Virus record (IMG/VR): IMGVR_UViG_2846893963_000001
Coordinates: 1 to 64,000 of that record
From: a virus
Lineage: Duplodnaviria; Caudoviricetes
Length of the DNA: 64,000 bases
Strand: one strand, 5' to 3'
The position numbers were made by a program, and so were the translations under genes. Each line of letters starts with the position of its first letter. Positions within the stretch are counted from its first letter, which is position 1. The notes beneath the pieces are model-generated. The model saw nothing but the letters and a program-made list of their open reading frames with translations. It was not told the DNA's origin and made no database searches. Positions 55,396 through 64,000 of this stretch are shown piece by piece.

Positions 55396-55419
55396 TACCA
55401 TTCAGGAGCTTTTTCAAAA
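55396..55419 (-). promoter_or_regulatory. 24-bp late-gene motif, copy 2 (1 mismatch)
   Basis: TTTTGAAAAAGCTCCTGAATGGTA upstream of the tail tube gene. Confidence 0.6.
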
Positions 55420-55878
55420 CTGCACGGGCGCCGTCATTTTCCAAGTCACCGCAAACGCGCCTTCCTCCGCCGCCGCATCCTGCGCGGGCCCCAGCCTCAC
55501 CTTGCCGATGACCAGGAAATTCCGATAGGGCCGCAGGCTCTCCACGGCATTCAGCCCGGCGCGGTCCACTTCCTTCAGCCGCTCTTCCATCCACGCCTGC
55601 AACATCCGTATTTCATCCGCCGTCCGGTCATTGGCGTCCAAATGCAGCTCCACGGATATTCCGGCGTGATACGTACAGTACCCGGCCACAATTTCCTCCA
55701 TTTCCGCCGCCTGGAACAACGCATATTCCTTCCCTTCCCGGTCTTCGTCCACCGCCATCTTCAACGGCACCGGGAACCCGTCCGGAATCCCCCGTTCCGT
55801 GTTCCCCCTGTCTTCCTGAAAACGCGCCTCCAGGCACGCAATCACCGCCTTAATCAAACAATCTGCCTGTGTCATCAT
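55414..55878 (-). CDS. Putative tail terminator / completion protein
   Basis: Position in the head-tail connector block. Confidence 0.55.
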   Translation of the reverse strand: MMTQADCLIKAVIACLEARFQEDRGNTERGIPDGFPVPLKMAVDEDREGKEYALFQAAEMEEIVAGYCTYHAGISVELHLDANDRTADEIRMLQAWMEERLKEVDRAGLNAVESLRPYRNFLVIGKVRLGPAQDAAAEEGAFAVTWKMTAPVQF

Positions 55879-56651
55879 GAATTAAGTTCCTTTCTCAATT
55901 TGGCCATATACTTCCTCATAACAATCAACATATCCTTCCCCGCCGCATCCAGGGCATACGATGCCAAGCGGGCCATCTGACCCCGATCCGGATATTGAGG
56001 GCAATTCTCCATTTCAAAACGCACCCGGCAACCCTTCACTGTCAGAGACGCCGCGCCGTCATAATAGGAGGCGTGCCGCGCGATCCACGCGGGCACCTTC
56101 TTCAGCCCGGCCACCTGCGCGCCCCGCAGCCACCCGGCCGCCATCCTCCCCACGTGCCGCCGCCGCTCCGCCAAAGCCCTTCGCACGTCTCCCGCCTGCG
56201 CCACTCCCGGAGACATCAGGCCGCCGCCCTTCAGCACGCGCACGCTGCTTTTCCGGCCCATTTTCAGCAGGGTATGGCTCCGCAAAAACGCATCCGCGGA
56301 AACGGTGGCCATGCCCTTAAACTTTTTCCCGCGCACCCCCAGCAACACCCCGCCGCGCTTCTTCCGGGGGTAAGCATAGGGCACCGGCCTTCCATCCTCA
56401 CCGCGCTTCATCCTCACATCCGTTTCCAACGGATCCCCGCCAATATCCCGCGCAATATGTTCCTCCAACGCTCTTTTTCCGTTTCCGCCATTCTTCAGGC
56501 TGTTTGGCGGCGTGGTGCGTATGGCCTTGCTCGCTGCCCGCTTGGCATATTCAAGGGTCAACTCCCGGATGCCGTCAGCCCCCACCTTCTTCACCTCCGC
56601 CAGCCTTTTCAGCACGCGGGAAATATCCACTTTATACCTGACTTGCGCCAT
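55875..56651 (-). CDS. HK97 gp10-like neck/tail component
   Basis: Basic protein with L..L..V...IREL....A..A..TTP and G.MAAGW. Position in the connector block. Confidence 0.55.
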   Translation of the reverse strand: MAQVRYKVDISRVLKRLAEVKKVGADGIRELTLEYAKRAASKAIRTTPPNSLKNGGNGKRALEEHIARDIGGDPLETDVRMKRGEDGRPVPYAYPRKKRGGVLLGVRGKKFKGMATVSADAFLRSHTLLKMGRKSSVRVLKGGGLMSPGVAQAGDVRRALAERRRHVGRMAAGWLRGAQVAGLKKVPAWIARHASYYDGAASLTVKGCRVRFEMENCPQYPDRGQMARLASYALDAAGKDMLIVMRKYMAKLRKELNS

Positions 56652-56666
56652 TCGCCACCCTTCCGG

Positions 56667-56987
56667 CTATACTTCGGACAACTCCAGCACCAGAGCCACG
56701 TCTCCGGCCCAGTCCCGCACCCGCGCAATGCGGAAGGCCCTACCGCTTCGGACCGCCACCACCTTCCGCCCGGCCGCGGGAACGCCCTTCAACGCCTTCC
56801 GACGCACGCGCAGGGACGTTTGCACCTTGCACACCCGGCCGCCAAGCTCCACCTCATACCAGCCTTCCAGCGGCGCAAAAACGCCCCGGCATTCCTGACC
56901 GTCCACCATCACGCGCTCCCCCCAGGCTTCTTCCTGCTCATGATCCCCAAGGTCCAGCAATTTTTTTATTTCCCCTGCTAAACTCAT
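56667..56987 (-). CDS. Head-tail adaptor / head closure protein
   Basis: Small beta protein after the capsid gene (V.VDGQECRGVF...FRIARVRD...VLEL). Confidence 0.6.
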   Translation of the reverse strand: MSLAGEIKKLLDLGDHEQEEAWGERVMVDGQECRGVFAPLEGWYEVELGGRVCKVQTSLRVRRKALKGVPAAGRKVVAVRSGRAFRIARVRDWAGDVALVLELSEV

Positions 56988-57076
56988 ATCCGTTCAATAA
57001 AAACCGGCGCACGGAATTGACACCCCGCGCGCCGGTCCTTTGCTCTCTTTTATCCCATGATTCCGCCAAAAAACCG

Positions 57077-58039
57077 TCAGGCCCCTTCCTCTTCAGTCGG
57101 CCCTGTTTCTTCCCCGCCGCCGTCCTCAACGCTTTCACCTTCCGCCGCCGTCTCCGGAGCTGCGCCGGAAAGCTGTCGCAAATGGTTCTTGTTGCCCACC
57201 GCCACGCCGGCCAAAAGCTCCGCGGAAATGTAAACCGTTTCCGTTCCCTGGTCAGGCCAGCACTTCAGCAGCAGGGAAATCCCCAGCTTAGGAGATTCCA
57301 CCACCTGCGTTTCCAAATTCAGCTTCGGATCAATGTTCGGAAGACGGACGGCAACGGCCAGCGCGTCCGGCCGCGTCGCAAAACCAACCCCGGCATTCCC
57401 GGCAAGCACGTTCACCCCTTCCACGTAGTGAATTCCCCCCGGAATGGAATATGCCCCGTCCGCCAGGTTAAGAGCAAGCGCATTCGTGGGAATCAGCCTG
57501 GAATAATACATCCGGTCCAAATAAACGGCATCCGCGCCATTAGTCATGGACGGCCAAATCACATCCGCCATCATTTCCGGTTTGAACCCGGCCCGCGGGC
57601 CAATATTCACCACTTCCGCCCCGGAATCGGCTATGGCGGCCATCAGGTCCTTCCAAAACGCCTTGGCGACCGTCCGCACAAGCGTTTGCACCTTATTCGC
57701 AAGCTGCACCCCGCTTTTCCTTTCCTTATAGGACAGGCCAGCCGGACGGGAATAACGGTTCAGCGTCACGGAAACGGAGCTGGTTTTCAGCTCGCTTTGA
57801 TTCCAGTCTTCCGTATTTTTCAACGCCTCCCCGGCTCCGTCAATCACTTCCACCTTGACGGAATCGCCGTCCGTCTTGAACTCGCCGGACACGTCCAGAG
57901 AAAACCGGCTGATTGAAGCCAATTCTTCTTCCAGGGTGGCAATAGCCGCCTGTGAAACAATGGTCCAGTTCAGAGCGGCGACATCATTTCCTTCCATCAC
58001 GGCATTCCGCGGAATGTTCATCAATGTTTTCTTGTTCAT
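57077..58039 (-). CDS. Major capsid protein (HK97 fold likely) with acidic C-terminal tail
   Basis: 320 aa directly after the protease/scaffold gene. Confidence 0.75.
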   Translation of the reverse strand: MNKKTLMNIPRNAVMEGNDVAALNWTIVSQAAIATLEEELASISRFSLDVSGEFKTDGDSVKVEVIDGAGEALKNTEDWNQSELKTSSVSVTLNRYSRPAGLSYKERKSGVQLANKVQTLVRTVAKAFWKDLMAAIADSGAEVVNIGPRAGFKPEMMADVIWPSMTNGADAVYLDRMYYSRLIPTNALALNLADGAYSIPGGIHYVEGVNVLAGNAGVGFATRPDALAVAVRLPNIDPKLNLETQVVESPKLGISLLLKCWPDQGTETVYISAELLAGVAVGNKNHLRQLSGAAPETAAEGESVEDGGGEETGPTEEEGA

Positions 58040-58094
58040 ATTTTATTTATGTTTGCGTTTTGTTAGTAAAAATCTATCTATGGCGGCCAAGATG

Positions 58095-59216
58095 CTATTT
58101 CCCCGGCTGCTCCGCCAGCCGCGCGGCCTCCTGCGGATGCCCCATAATCCATTCCAGCGCATCCTGCGCGGCCATCTCCCGCAGCTTTTCGTTCGTCATG
58201 GCAGGTTCTTTCTTTCCGTGCTCTTCCGTGGCTCCCTCCGCGGGCGGCAACCCTACCGGAGCAACCCCCATAGCCGCCATTTCCCGCACAACGGCCTCCT
58301 TCACGCGTTGCTCAAATTCCCGCTCGTGCGCCTCCATCACGCGCGCCTGCTGCCCCTGCATGCCCCGGAACCCGTCATTTTCCGCCGCCAGCCTTTCGTT
58401 TTCGGCCACCAGCCGGGCAACTTCCCGTTCCAGTTCCTCCACGCTGTTTTTCCCGGCAAGCCCCACGGCGGCCATCATGCGGCGCAATACCGTGTAATTC
58501 TGCGGCGGCCCGCCCTTCTCTTCTTCGTCAGGGTCTCCCTCTTCCCCGCCGCCGTCCTCTTCTTTCCCCGGCGCGGCCGTTTCCTTTTGGCCGGACTCCG
58601 CAGCGGACGGAGAAATAACCTCGTCACACCAGCCTTCCTTCACGGCCGTTTCCGCGTTCATCCACGTTTCCGCGTTCAGCACGGCCAGCACGTCTTCCGG
58701 GCTCTTTCCGGTACGCTCCGCGTAAATGCCTGTCACTTGCCCTTCCGCGTCCTTCAGATCCGCCGCGTAAGCCTCAATCTCTTCCACCGTCCCCACCGCG
58801 CACCCGCGCGCCCGGTGGACCATATAACGGGAATTTTCCGAAATCAGCACACGGCCCGCCGCACAGGCAATCAGCGTCGCGGCGGAAGCGGCTACCCCGT
58901 AAATTTTGGCCGTCACCTCCATCCCGCACCCCTTGATAATGTCGTAAATCCCGGACGCCTCAAACAAATTGCCGCCCATGGAATTCAGGATGACTTCAAA
59001 CTTCGTGCACCCCTCCGCCTTCAACTCTTCAAGGTGCTTCGTAAATTCGTCAACCGTGGCATTGCCGTAACCGATATAACCGGATATGGTAGCCACCCCT
59101 ACCTTCTCTTCCGCCTCCATGATGCGGGAAAAGGCAAGCATGCCCGTTTTTTTCTGTTCACCGGCACCGCCTTCCAGCCGTGCCGCCATCTGCGCAAAAA
59201 CAATCTTATTCATCAC
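58095..59216 (-). CDS. ClpP-like head maturation protease with scaffold extension
   Basis: LNSMGGNLFE, GVAASAATLI, YMVHRA, ETWMNAETAVKEGWCD. Confidence 0.9.
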   Translation of the reverse strand: MMNKIVFAQMAARLEGGAGEQKKTGMLAFSRIMEAEEKVGVATISGYIGYGNATVDEFTKHLEELKAEGCTKFEVILNSMGGNLFEASGIYDIIKGCGMEVTAKIYGVAASAATLIACAAGRVLISENSRYMVHRARGCAVGTVEEIEAYAADLKDAEGQVTGIYAERTGKSPEDVLAVLNAETWMNAETAVKEGWCDEVISPSAAESGQKETAAPGKEEDGGGEEGDPDEEEKGGPPQNYTVLRRMMAAVGLAGKNSVEELEREVARLVAENERLAAENDGFRGMQGQQARVMEAHEREFEQRVKEAVVREMAAMGVAPVGLPPAEGATEEHGKKEPAMTNEKLREMAAQDALEWIMGHPQEAARLAEQPGK

Positions 59217-59230
59217 TTATTACTGTTCTG

Positions 59231-59254
59231 TACCCTTCAGGAGCTTTTTCAAAA
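59231..59254 (-). promoter_or_regulatory. 24-bp late-gene motif, copy 3
   Basis: TTTTGAAAAAGCTCCTGAAGGGTA between the portal and protease genes. Confidence 0.65.
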
Positions 59255-59257
59255 TTG

Positions 59258-60790
59258 CTATTCATGGGGATGCAAGCCATCTTCCTCTTCCCCGCCGCCC
59301 GTTCCCGGCTCTTCATCTTCCGGTTTCTCCGCCGCCGCGGCTACCCCGCCGCGGTTCGCTCCCGGAATCACCTCTTGCAGGGTCAGTCCGTTCCGGGCGC
59401 ATGCCTCCTTGGCCATCTTCAAATTCCGTATCTTATTCTTCACGATTTCCTCAAATGTGCATCCGTAATTGGCCAGGCACCAGCCATCCTGATCCGCCAG
59501 CGCGGAATCCACCAGGTTAATCATCAGACTCCCTTCCCGGCCCAGGTCAATAGTCATGTCGCTCATGGGCGTCCACAGGCACCGCACCCAATGCGGATCC
59601 CGGCACAAGCGCAGCCGTCCCAGGGCCATTTCCCGCGCCAGCATGAAACGCCACACCCGCACGCACCACATTTGCCTGTAGGCATGCCTGATTTTCAGCC
59701 AACGCTTCAGCTTCTGCATCACAAACCGGATGCCGCCGCTTCCCAGCTTGTCAGGCTCCCACAGCAACGCAGGGGAAAGCCCGATACCATAGGCAACTTC
59801 ATCCATCAAATGCTTCAGCAACGCCATCACATTAGGAGACGGTCTGTTATCCGTCAGCACCTTCAAATCCCGGCCGGGCGGAAGCTGGTGGACAGTAGGC
59901 CCCCCTAACACCTGCTCCACCCTGCGCCCGTCCGGCCCCACGGACACCTTGCCCACGGTCCCCATGCCCGGCCGTTTCTCCGCGCCCCCCGTTTCCACCA
60001 GCCCAACGGAGGCGGCCAGCTTGGCAGACTGCTTGACATACCCCACAATATCCGCCTCATCATGCAAATTCCGGATAGCGCGGTGCAAATCGGACAGGCC
60101 GCGCGGCTTTCCGCCGCCCATGTTGTGCCGGTACAAAATAGCATCACGGGCCGGAATCACCGTCACCTCCCCCTTGTCCGGATGCCGCAGCCCATAGGCC
60201 GCCGTCCTCCCGTTTTTATCCCGCATCACGCCGCAATTCCACGCCTTCCCCCCATCAGCCGGAGATTGCACCTGTGGGGCCTCGTAAAACGCGAACGCCC
60301 CGCCGTCATCCGGCCCGCTGGTCAGCACCGTCAGCATGTCGCCGTCAATCACGCGCTGCCGCTCGCTCCAAATTTGAGCCGTAAAAAAATTCAGCTCTCC
60401 GCGGGCGTCAAACAATTCCGGATTCACGGCCCGATTCATAAAAATCTGGTCCGCCTCATGGTTCCAATCTTCATCCGCCGTGCAGGCATGGGGCACCAGC
60501 CAGCCCAGCAACTCCACCACATCCGCCACGGCCTTCCCGGCAAGCCCGGAATTCGCTTCCAGATTCCGCGCATTCCGCCAAACCCGGTCCAGCGTCCAGG
60601 AATCCACTTCAAACCGGCTGTCCAGCGTCGGCCAGTACAACACGCTGGAGCCCCCGAACTGCAACGCGGCCGCATACCCTCCCCACATCTCCCTCCGCAC
60701 CGTTTCCGGTTCCCGGTTCATCTTCACCCGCGCGCCATGACCGCGGCGCGCCCCGGCATACACCTTCCTTCTGTTCCTGCCCATGGTCAA
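59258..60790 (-). CDS. Portal protein, lambda family
   Basis: ARNLEANSG.A, IDGDM, RGLSDL, LPPGRDL...RPS, GISP..L. Confidence 0.85.
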   Translation of the reverse strand: MTMGRNRRKVYAGARRGHGARVKMNREPETVRREMWGGYAAALQFGGSSVLYWPTLDSRFEVDSWTLDRVWRNARNLEANSGLAGKAVADVVELLGWLVPHACTADEDWNHEADQIFMNRAVNPELFDARGELNFFTAQIWSERQRVIDGDMLTVLTSGPDDGGAFAFYEAPQVQSPADGGKAWNCGVMRDKNGRTAAYGLRHPDKGEVTVIPARDAILYRHNMGGGKPRGLSDLHRAIRNLHDEADIVGYVKQSAKLAASVGLVETGGAEKRPGMGTVGKVSVGPDGRRVEQVLGGPTVHQLPPGRDLKVLTDNRPSPNVMALLKHLMDEVAYGIGLSPALLWEPDKLGSGGIRFVMQKLKRWLKIRHAYRQMWCVRVWRFMLAREMALGRLRLCRDPHWVRCLWTPMSDMTIDLGREGSLMINLVDSALADQDGWCLANYGCTFEEIVKNKIRNLKMAKEACARNGLTLQEVIPGANRGGVAAAAEKPEDEEPGTGGGEEEDGLHPHE

Positions 60791-61076
60791 AAGCGTGTTA
60801 TGGTATGGTCAAACCGCACTTCCCGCACTCCGTCATCCGCGGCGGCCAGGCCGGAAAAATCCCCTTCCTCCATCTTCTTGACCGTGATCGCCTCCTGCAA
60901 GCAGGCTATATGATCCTTTAAATTCATGGTCTCCTGCGCGGTGTAGGACGTTCCGCCGCCTGTGGACGCCCCGGTTATTTCCTTGCGCCCTTCCAGAATC
61001 GCCAGCTTTTCCCGCAGCATTCCCTGCAAATCCGGCAAATCATAATTTTCCACATAAGCCTGTACAATGGGATTCA
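60787..61076 (-). CDS. Head-tail joining protein (gpW-like); start boundary approximate
   Basis: Small gene immediately before the portal (G..ITGASTGG.TSYT). The ORF track starts at TTG 61098; the ATG near 61076 follows the 24-bp motif. Confidence 0.6.
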
Positions 61077-61100
61077 TACCCTTCAGGAGCTTTTTCAAAA
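61077..61100 (-). promoter_or_regulatory. 24-bp late-gene motif, copy 4
   Basis: TTTTGAAAAAGCTCCTGAAGGGTA overlapping the ATG of the gpW-like gene. Confidence 0.65.
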
Positions 61101-61170
61101 CCCGCTATCATCCGCCACAACTCCCGAATGTCATTGACTTCCTTTCTCACATATCTTTCCATATATTCCC

Positions 61171-62088
61171 ATGACGGAAGAGAATAAAGAATTCATTAAT
61201 GCCTATATCTTCATGACCTATGAGAACATGATTAAAACATTGGAAAATAGGCGTCTTAAACTCCTTGACCCAGAAAAATGCAATGATCCATTCGAATTGA
61301 CGCCAGCCTCGCCAACAATTTCAGAAGACGGGGATACCTCTTTCGATAGCAATTATTTGCGTAAGGAAAACGGCTTCCTGAGTTTTACCAAAACCTATAA
61401 CCCCCCCTCCATGTGGGCACACTATGCTGATAACCATAAAGGATGTTGCGTGCATTTCAGATTCCCTGCTCTCCCGGAACAAAATAGTTGTGAAAGAAAC
61501 TTGGGGGTTCCAGAATTTCCTATCTATACATATAGAAAATTGCTTGTAGAGCATGAAGGAAAATCCCTTTTCCCAATAACACAAGAAACAATTAATCATA
61601 CTATAATAACACAAGAAACAACTAATCATACTATACTATGGGATGTTCTCTATTTAGAAAAACGTCTCGGATTAAATGAAATTTCATCAGTGTATAATAA
61701 ATTCGGGAACCAAGAAGAATTCGCAATAGATCCTGTTTTTATTACTAAAGATAAATCCTGGGAATATGAACAGGAACAACGTATTATTATCCCGAAACCA
61801 TTTCCTACAGAAGCAGAAAACAATTTAATATTCGTGGGAGGATTCAATGAGTATATAAAAAGCGTCATGTTGGGGATGCACTGCCCCCATTCTGAAGAAG
61901 CGACACAATCTATCATCAATGCTCTTACTTTAGGGGAAAAAAATGGCTCAAATATCACTTATAAAGACAGGCTTACTTACGATGATCAAATAAATGTCAG
62001 CAGGGTCAAACCAACGAGCAATACTTTTGAAGTCATTTCGGATGAACACGAAGAGCTTCTAAAATTGTTTAAAAAAAACGAAAAATAA
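61171..62088 (+). CDS. DUF2971-domain protein, paralogue 1 (AT-rich moron)
   Basis: CNDPFE, FLSFTK...SMWAHYADNHKGCCVHF, TKDKSWEYEQEQRII. Confidence 0.85.
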   Translation: MTEENKEFINAYIFMTYENMIKTLENRRLKLLDPEKCNDPFELTPASPTISEDGDTSFDSNYLRKENGFLSFTKTYNPPSMWAHYADNHKGCCVHFRFPALPEQNSCERNLGVPEFPIYTYRKLLVEHEGKSLFPITQETINHTIITQETTNHTILWDVLYLEKRLGLNEISSVYNKFGNQEEFAIDPVFITKDKSWEYEQEQRIIIPKPFPTEAENNLIFVGGFNEYIKSVMLGMHCPHSEEATQSIINALTLGEKNGSNITYKDRLTYDDQINVSRVKPTSNTFEVISDEHEELLKLFKKNEK

Positions 62089-62157
62089 CACTTTTTTTAA
62101 ATCAACCCCCAATTAAACATCATCTGTAACAGACCAATCGCCTGATTAGGAATCCCC

Positions 62158-63009
62158 ATGACGAAAGAGAATAAAGAATTCATTGATGCCTATATCTTCA
62201 TGACCTATGAAAACATGCTCAAGGTGTTTGAAAATGAAAAACTAAAAGTGATTCTACAGGAAGAATGCAACGACCCAACAGAATTTATTCTTCAACATCA
62301 AACTTCGCCTAATCGCGCTAACCTGAATTATGGATTTTTAAGTTTTTCCAAGTCCTACCATTCTTCTCCCATGTGGGGACACTATGGAGATAAGCACAGA
62401 GGCTGCTGCCTTCATTTCAGATTTCCTCATCTCAAAAATTATCAGGGAGATCTTAATTTCGGAATATCAGACAGAAAAAATGACAAATACTATGTTTTAA
62501 ATTTCAAACACGACCCGCCCAGTTTTACAGATTTTTCAACCATTGACTCTAAAACAGGAGATCACCTATTCCAATATGACCACACCTTACTATGGGAGGT
62601 CAAATACGCTGAAATGAGAGTAGTTCGAAAAATCATGTTATGCGGTTATACATCGATAAATAACGAAATTACAGCATACCGTATAGACGACTCGTTTATT
62701 ACAAAAGGAAAATCATGGGAATATGAGCAGGAAATGAGAATTATCATCCCTATATATACTCCTTCATGCGTTCATGGACGTTATTTCTTCATAGGTGGAT
62801 TCAATAAATTTATAAAAAGCGTTATATTAGGATTAAAATGCAATGAATCTCCTGATACGACCCAAAAAAGAATCAATGGGCTCACCCATGAATTTTTAAG
62901 AGATAAAATGATGCCTATACACAAGGCTGAAATACATCCTATAAAATTTGATATAATATCCCCTGAACACGAAGATTTTTTAAAAAAGCTTAAAGAAAAC
63001 GGAGAATAA
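62158..63009 (+). CDS. DUF2971-domain protein, paralogue 2 (AT-rich moron)
   Basis: CNDPTE, FLSFSK...PMWGHYGDKHRGCCLHF, TKGKSWEYEQEMRII. Confidence 0.85.
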   Translation: MTKENKEFIDAYIFMTYENMLKVFENEKLKVILQEECNDPTEFILQHQTSPNRANLNYGFLSFSKSYHSSPMWGHYGDKHRGCCLHFRFPHLKNYQGDLNFGISDRKNDKYYVLNFKHDPPSFTDFSTIDSKTGDHLFQYDHTLLWEVKYAEMRVVRKIMLCGYTSINNEITAYRIDDSFITKGKSWEYEQEMRIIIPIYTPSCVHGRYFFIGGFNKFIKSVILGLKCNESPDTTQKRINGLTHEFLRDKMMPIHKAEIHPIKFDIISPEHEDFLKKLKENGE

Positions 63010-63015
63010 CATTCT

Positions 63016-63132
63016 TTAAAAATTAAACTCCATTTGCACATCATCCGTAACAGACTGCTCCACCTGTTCCAGCACATCCTAAAAAGCCGCCTTCAGCCTC
63101 TCCAGCACGTCATTCTTCCGGTACTCCTTCAT
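63016..63132 (-). pseudogene. Small phage ORF interrupted by an in-frame TAG
   Basis: MKEYRKNDVLERLKAAF*DVLEQVEQSVTDDVQMEFNF*, overlapping the terminase end. Confidence 0.4.
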
Positions 63133-64000
63133 TCTGCTTCCTTTCTTCAATCGCGTTCATTTCTTCCGCGTAAAAATCCCCGCGCCGCACCCACCAGGAC
63201 ACCTGCCCGATTTTTACGCAGTCTCCATAATGGTCATTCGGCAGCTTCCGCCATTGCGCCAGGCCGCCGCCCCTTGGCTTCTCAAGCTGCTGCCCGGACA
63301 ATCCGGCCAGCAAATCCTGATCCGCATCTTCCGGCAAATGCAGGGCCGGAGCCGCCCCTTTCTGGATGCGCCCCGCGTAAAGCTCCATTTTGGCGGTGCG
63401 GTCCACGTACAAATAAAGCTCCAGCCCCGGATGCGACTTCACTTCACTCACATTCCAGCTTCCGAAATTCGCGCCGCTCCCCTTCGTAGGCCATAGCTTG
63501 CCGTAATACTTATAACACTCGTCATAAACCTTCTGCGCCCAATCCCCGGAATCAATCAGCCCAAAATCAGGACGCACCCCGCCCCACTCCAGGCTTTCAA
63601 AATGGGCCCCTATGCCCGGCGTCGCGTCCGTCGTGCTGATGCCCAGCAGGGTCCCCCAATCAACCACCCATGTTTCCCCGCCGCGCCCTATCGCCTGCGC
63701 CACCCAGTGAGTTTGATTCTGGCCGGGGTCATAGGCCACTACCATATAATAATAATGCCGCGGCAACTCTCCGCGCCGGCACACACCGCGCAGCCCCCGC
63801 ACACTGTCATCCCCCACCTTGATTTCATACTGCGTAAACGGCAACGCCTCCCAGCCGTTCCGGAAATTGTGCAGGGCCACCTGCCGGAACAGGTCATTTT
63901 GAGCCACGATGAACTTCCGCGCCATCTGCCCCCATGTCACAAACGGGGAATAAAGGGAATTCAGGTGATACCCCCGCCGCGCGCGGGAGGCGTTCGGATT
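63110..64000 (-). CDS. terL: Terminase large subunit, lambda gpA family (C-terminal part; truncated by the window)
   Basis: RGYHLNSLYSPFVTW, VAYDPG, GLIDSG, PTKG, NDHYGDC. The frame is open to the window edge. Confidence 0.88.
   Translation of the reverse strand, partial: NPNASRARRGYHLNSLYSPFVTWGQMARKFIVAQNDLFRQVALHNFRNGWEALPFTQYEIKVGDDSVRGLRGVCRRGELPRHYYYMVVAYDPGQNQTHWVAQAIGRGGETWVVDWGTLLGISTTDATPGIGAHFESLEWGGVRPDFGLIDSGDWAQKVYDECYKYYGKLWPTKGSGANFGSWNVSEVKSHPGLELYLYVDRTAKMELYAGRIQKGAAPALHLPEDADQDLLAGLSGQQLEKPRGGGLAQWRKLPNDHYGDCVKIGQVSWWVRRGDFYAEEMNAIEERKQNEGVPEE

Larger units (their letters stand above)
39630..64000. mobile_element. Siphovirus-type prophage, probably integrated at tRNA-Cys; continues beyond the window
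   Basis: Complete head-tail-lysis gene order on the minus strand, replication genes on the plus strand, starts right after the tRNA 3' end. Confidence 0.9.

Noticed and set aside
47473-61100. The 24-bp motif as CRISPR repeats or REP elements
   Set aside because: Copies are 2-8 kb apart, not palindromic, and tied to gene starts.
63016-63132. In-frame TAG (and the TGA at 9991) as evidence for stop-codon reassignment
   Set aside because: Isolated cases. All core phage and host genes are intact under code 11 and several end normally in TAG or TGA.

Overview
The window is probably from an Akkermansia-like Verrucomicrobiota chromosome. This is inferred from gene content (PA14-headed Rhs protein, kinase/kbl/ParA block, integrase type) and was not verified by a search. 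It has three parts. (1) 1-23.8 kb is the right arm of a genomic island or ICE-like element integrated at a tRNA-Leu, with a tyrosine integrase and a duplicated tRNA 3' end at 23762-23819. The island carries a Panacea/PemK-like TA pair, stand-alone polyvalent-type domains (kinase, ParB, DUF932), a UPF0489 gene, a PD-(D/E)XK nuclease, an Rhs toxin with a Tlde1/DUF2778-like tip plus an immunity gene and a glycosyltransferase, a kinase plus TerY-vWA pair, and an AbiE pair with a frameshifted toxin. (2) 24-39.5 kb is mostly host backbone: PfkB kinase, NUDIX hydrolase, kbl, and two Ser/Thr kinases around ParA. It ends in an unusual locus made of a PA14-HExxH-Ig protein and three diversified secreted Ig-like paralogues separated by collapsed remnants of the peptidase gene. 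(3) From tRNA-Cys (39555-39629) to the window end is a siphovirus-type prophage with primase/NTPase, lysis, tail, head and terminase genes. Its accessory features include a candidate type I TA, a tail-region glycosyltransferase, a 53-aa membrane moron, a tandem DUF2971 cassette, and a 24-bp motif repeated four times in front of late genes. The best candidate for an undescribed system is the PA14-headed peptidase with its Ig-like array (35.5-39.1 kb), which shares its N-terminal domain type with the Rhs toxin. All family assignments come from motif recognition by eye; no database searches were run.
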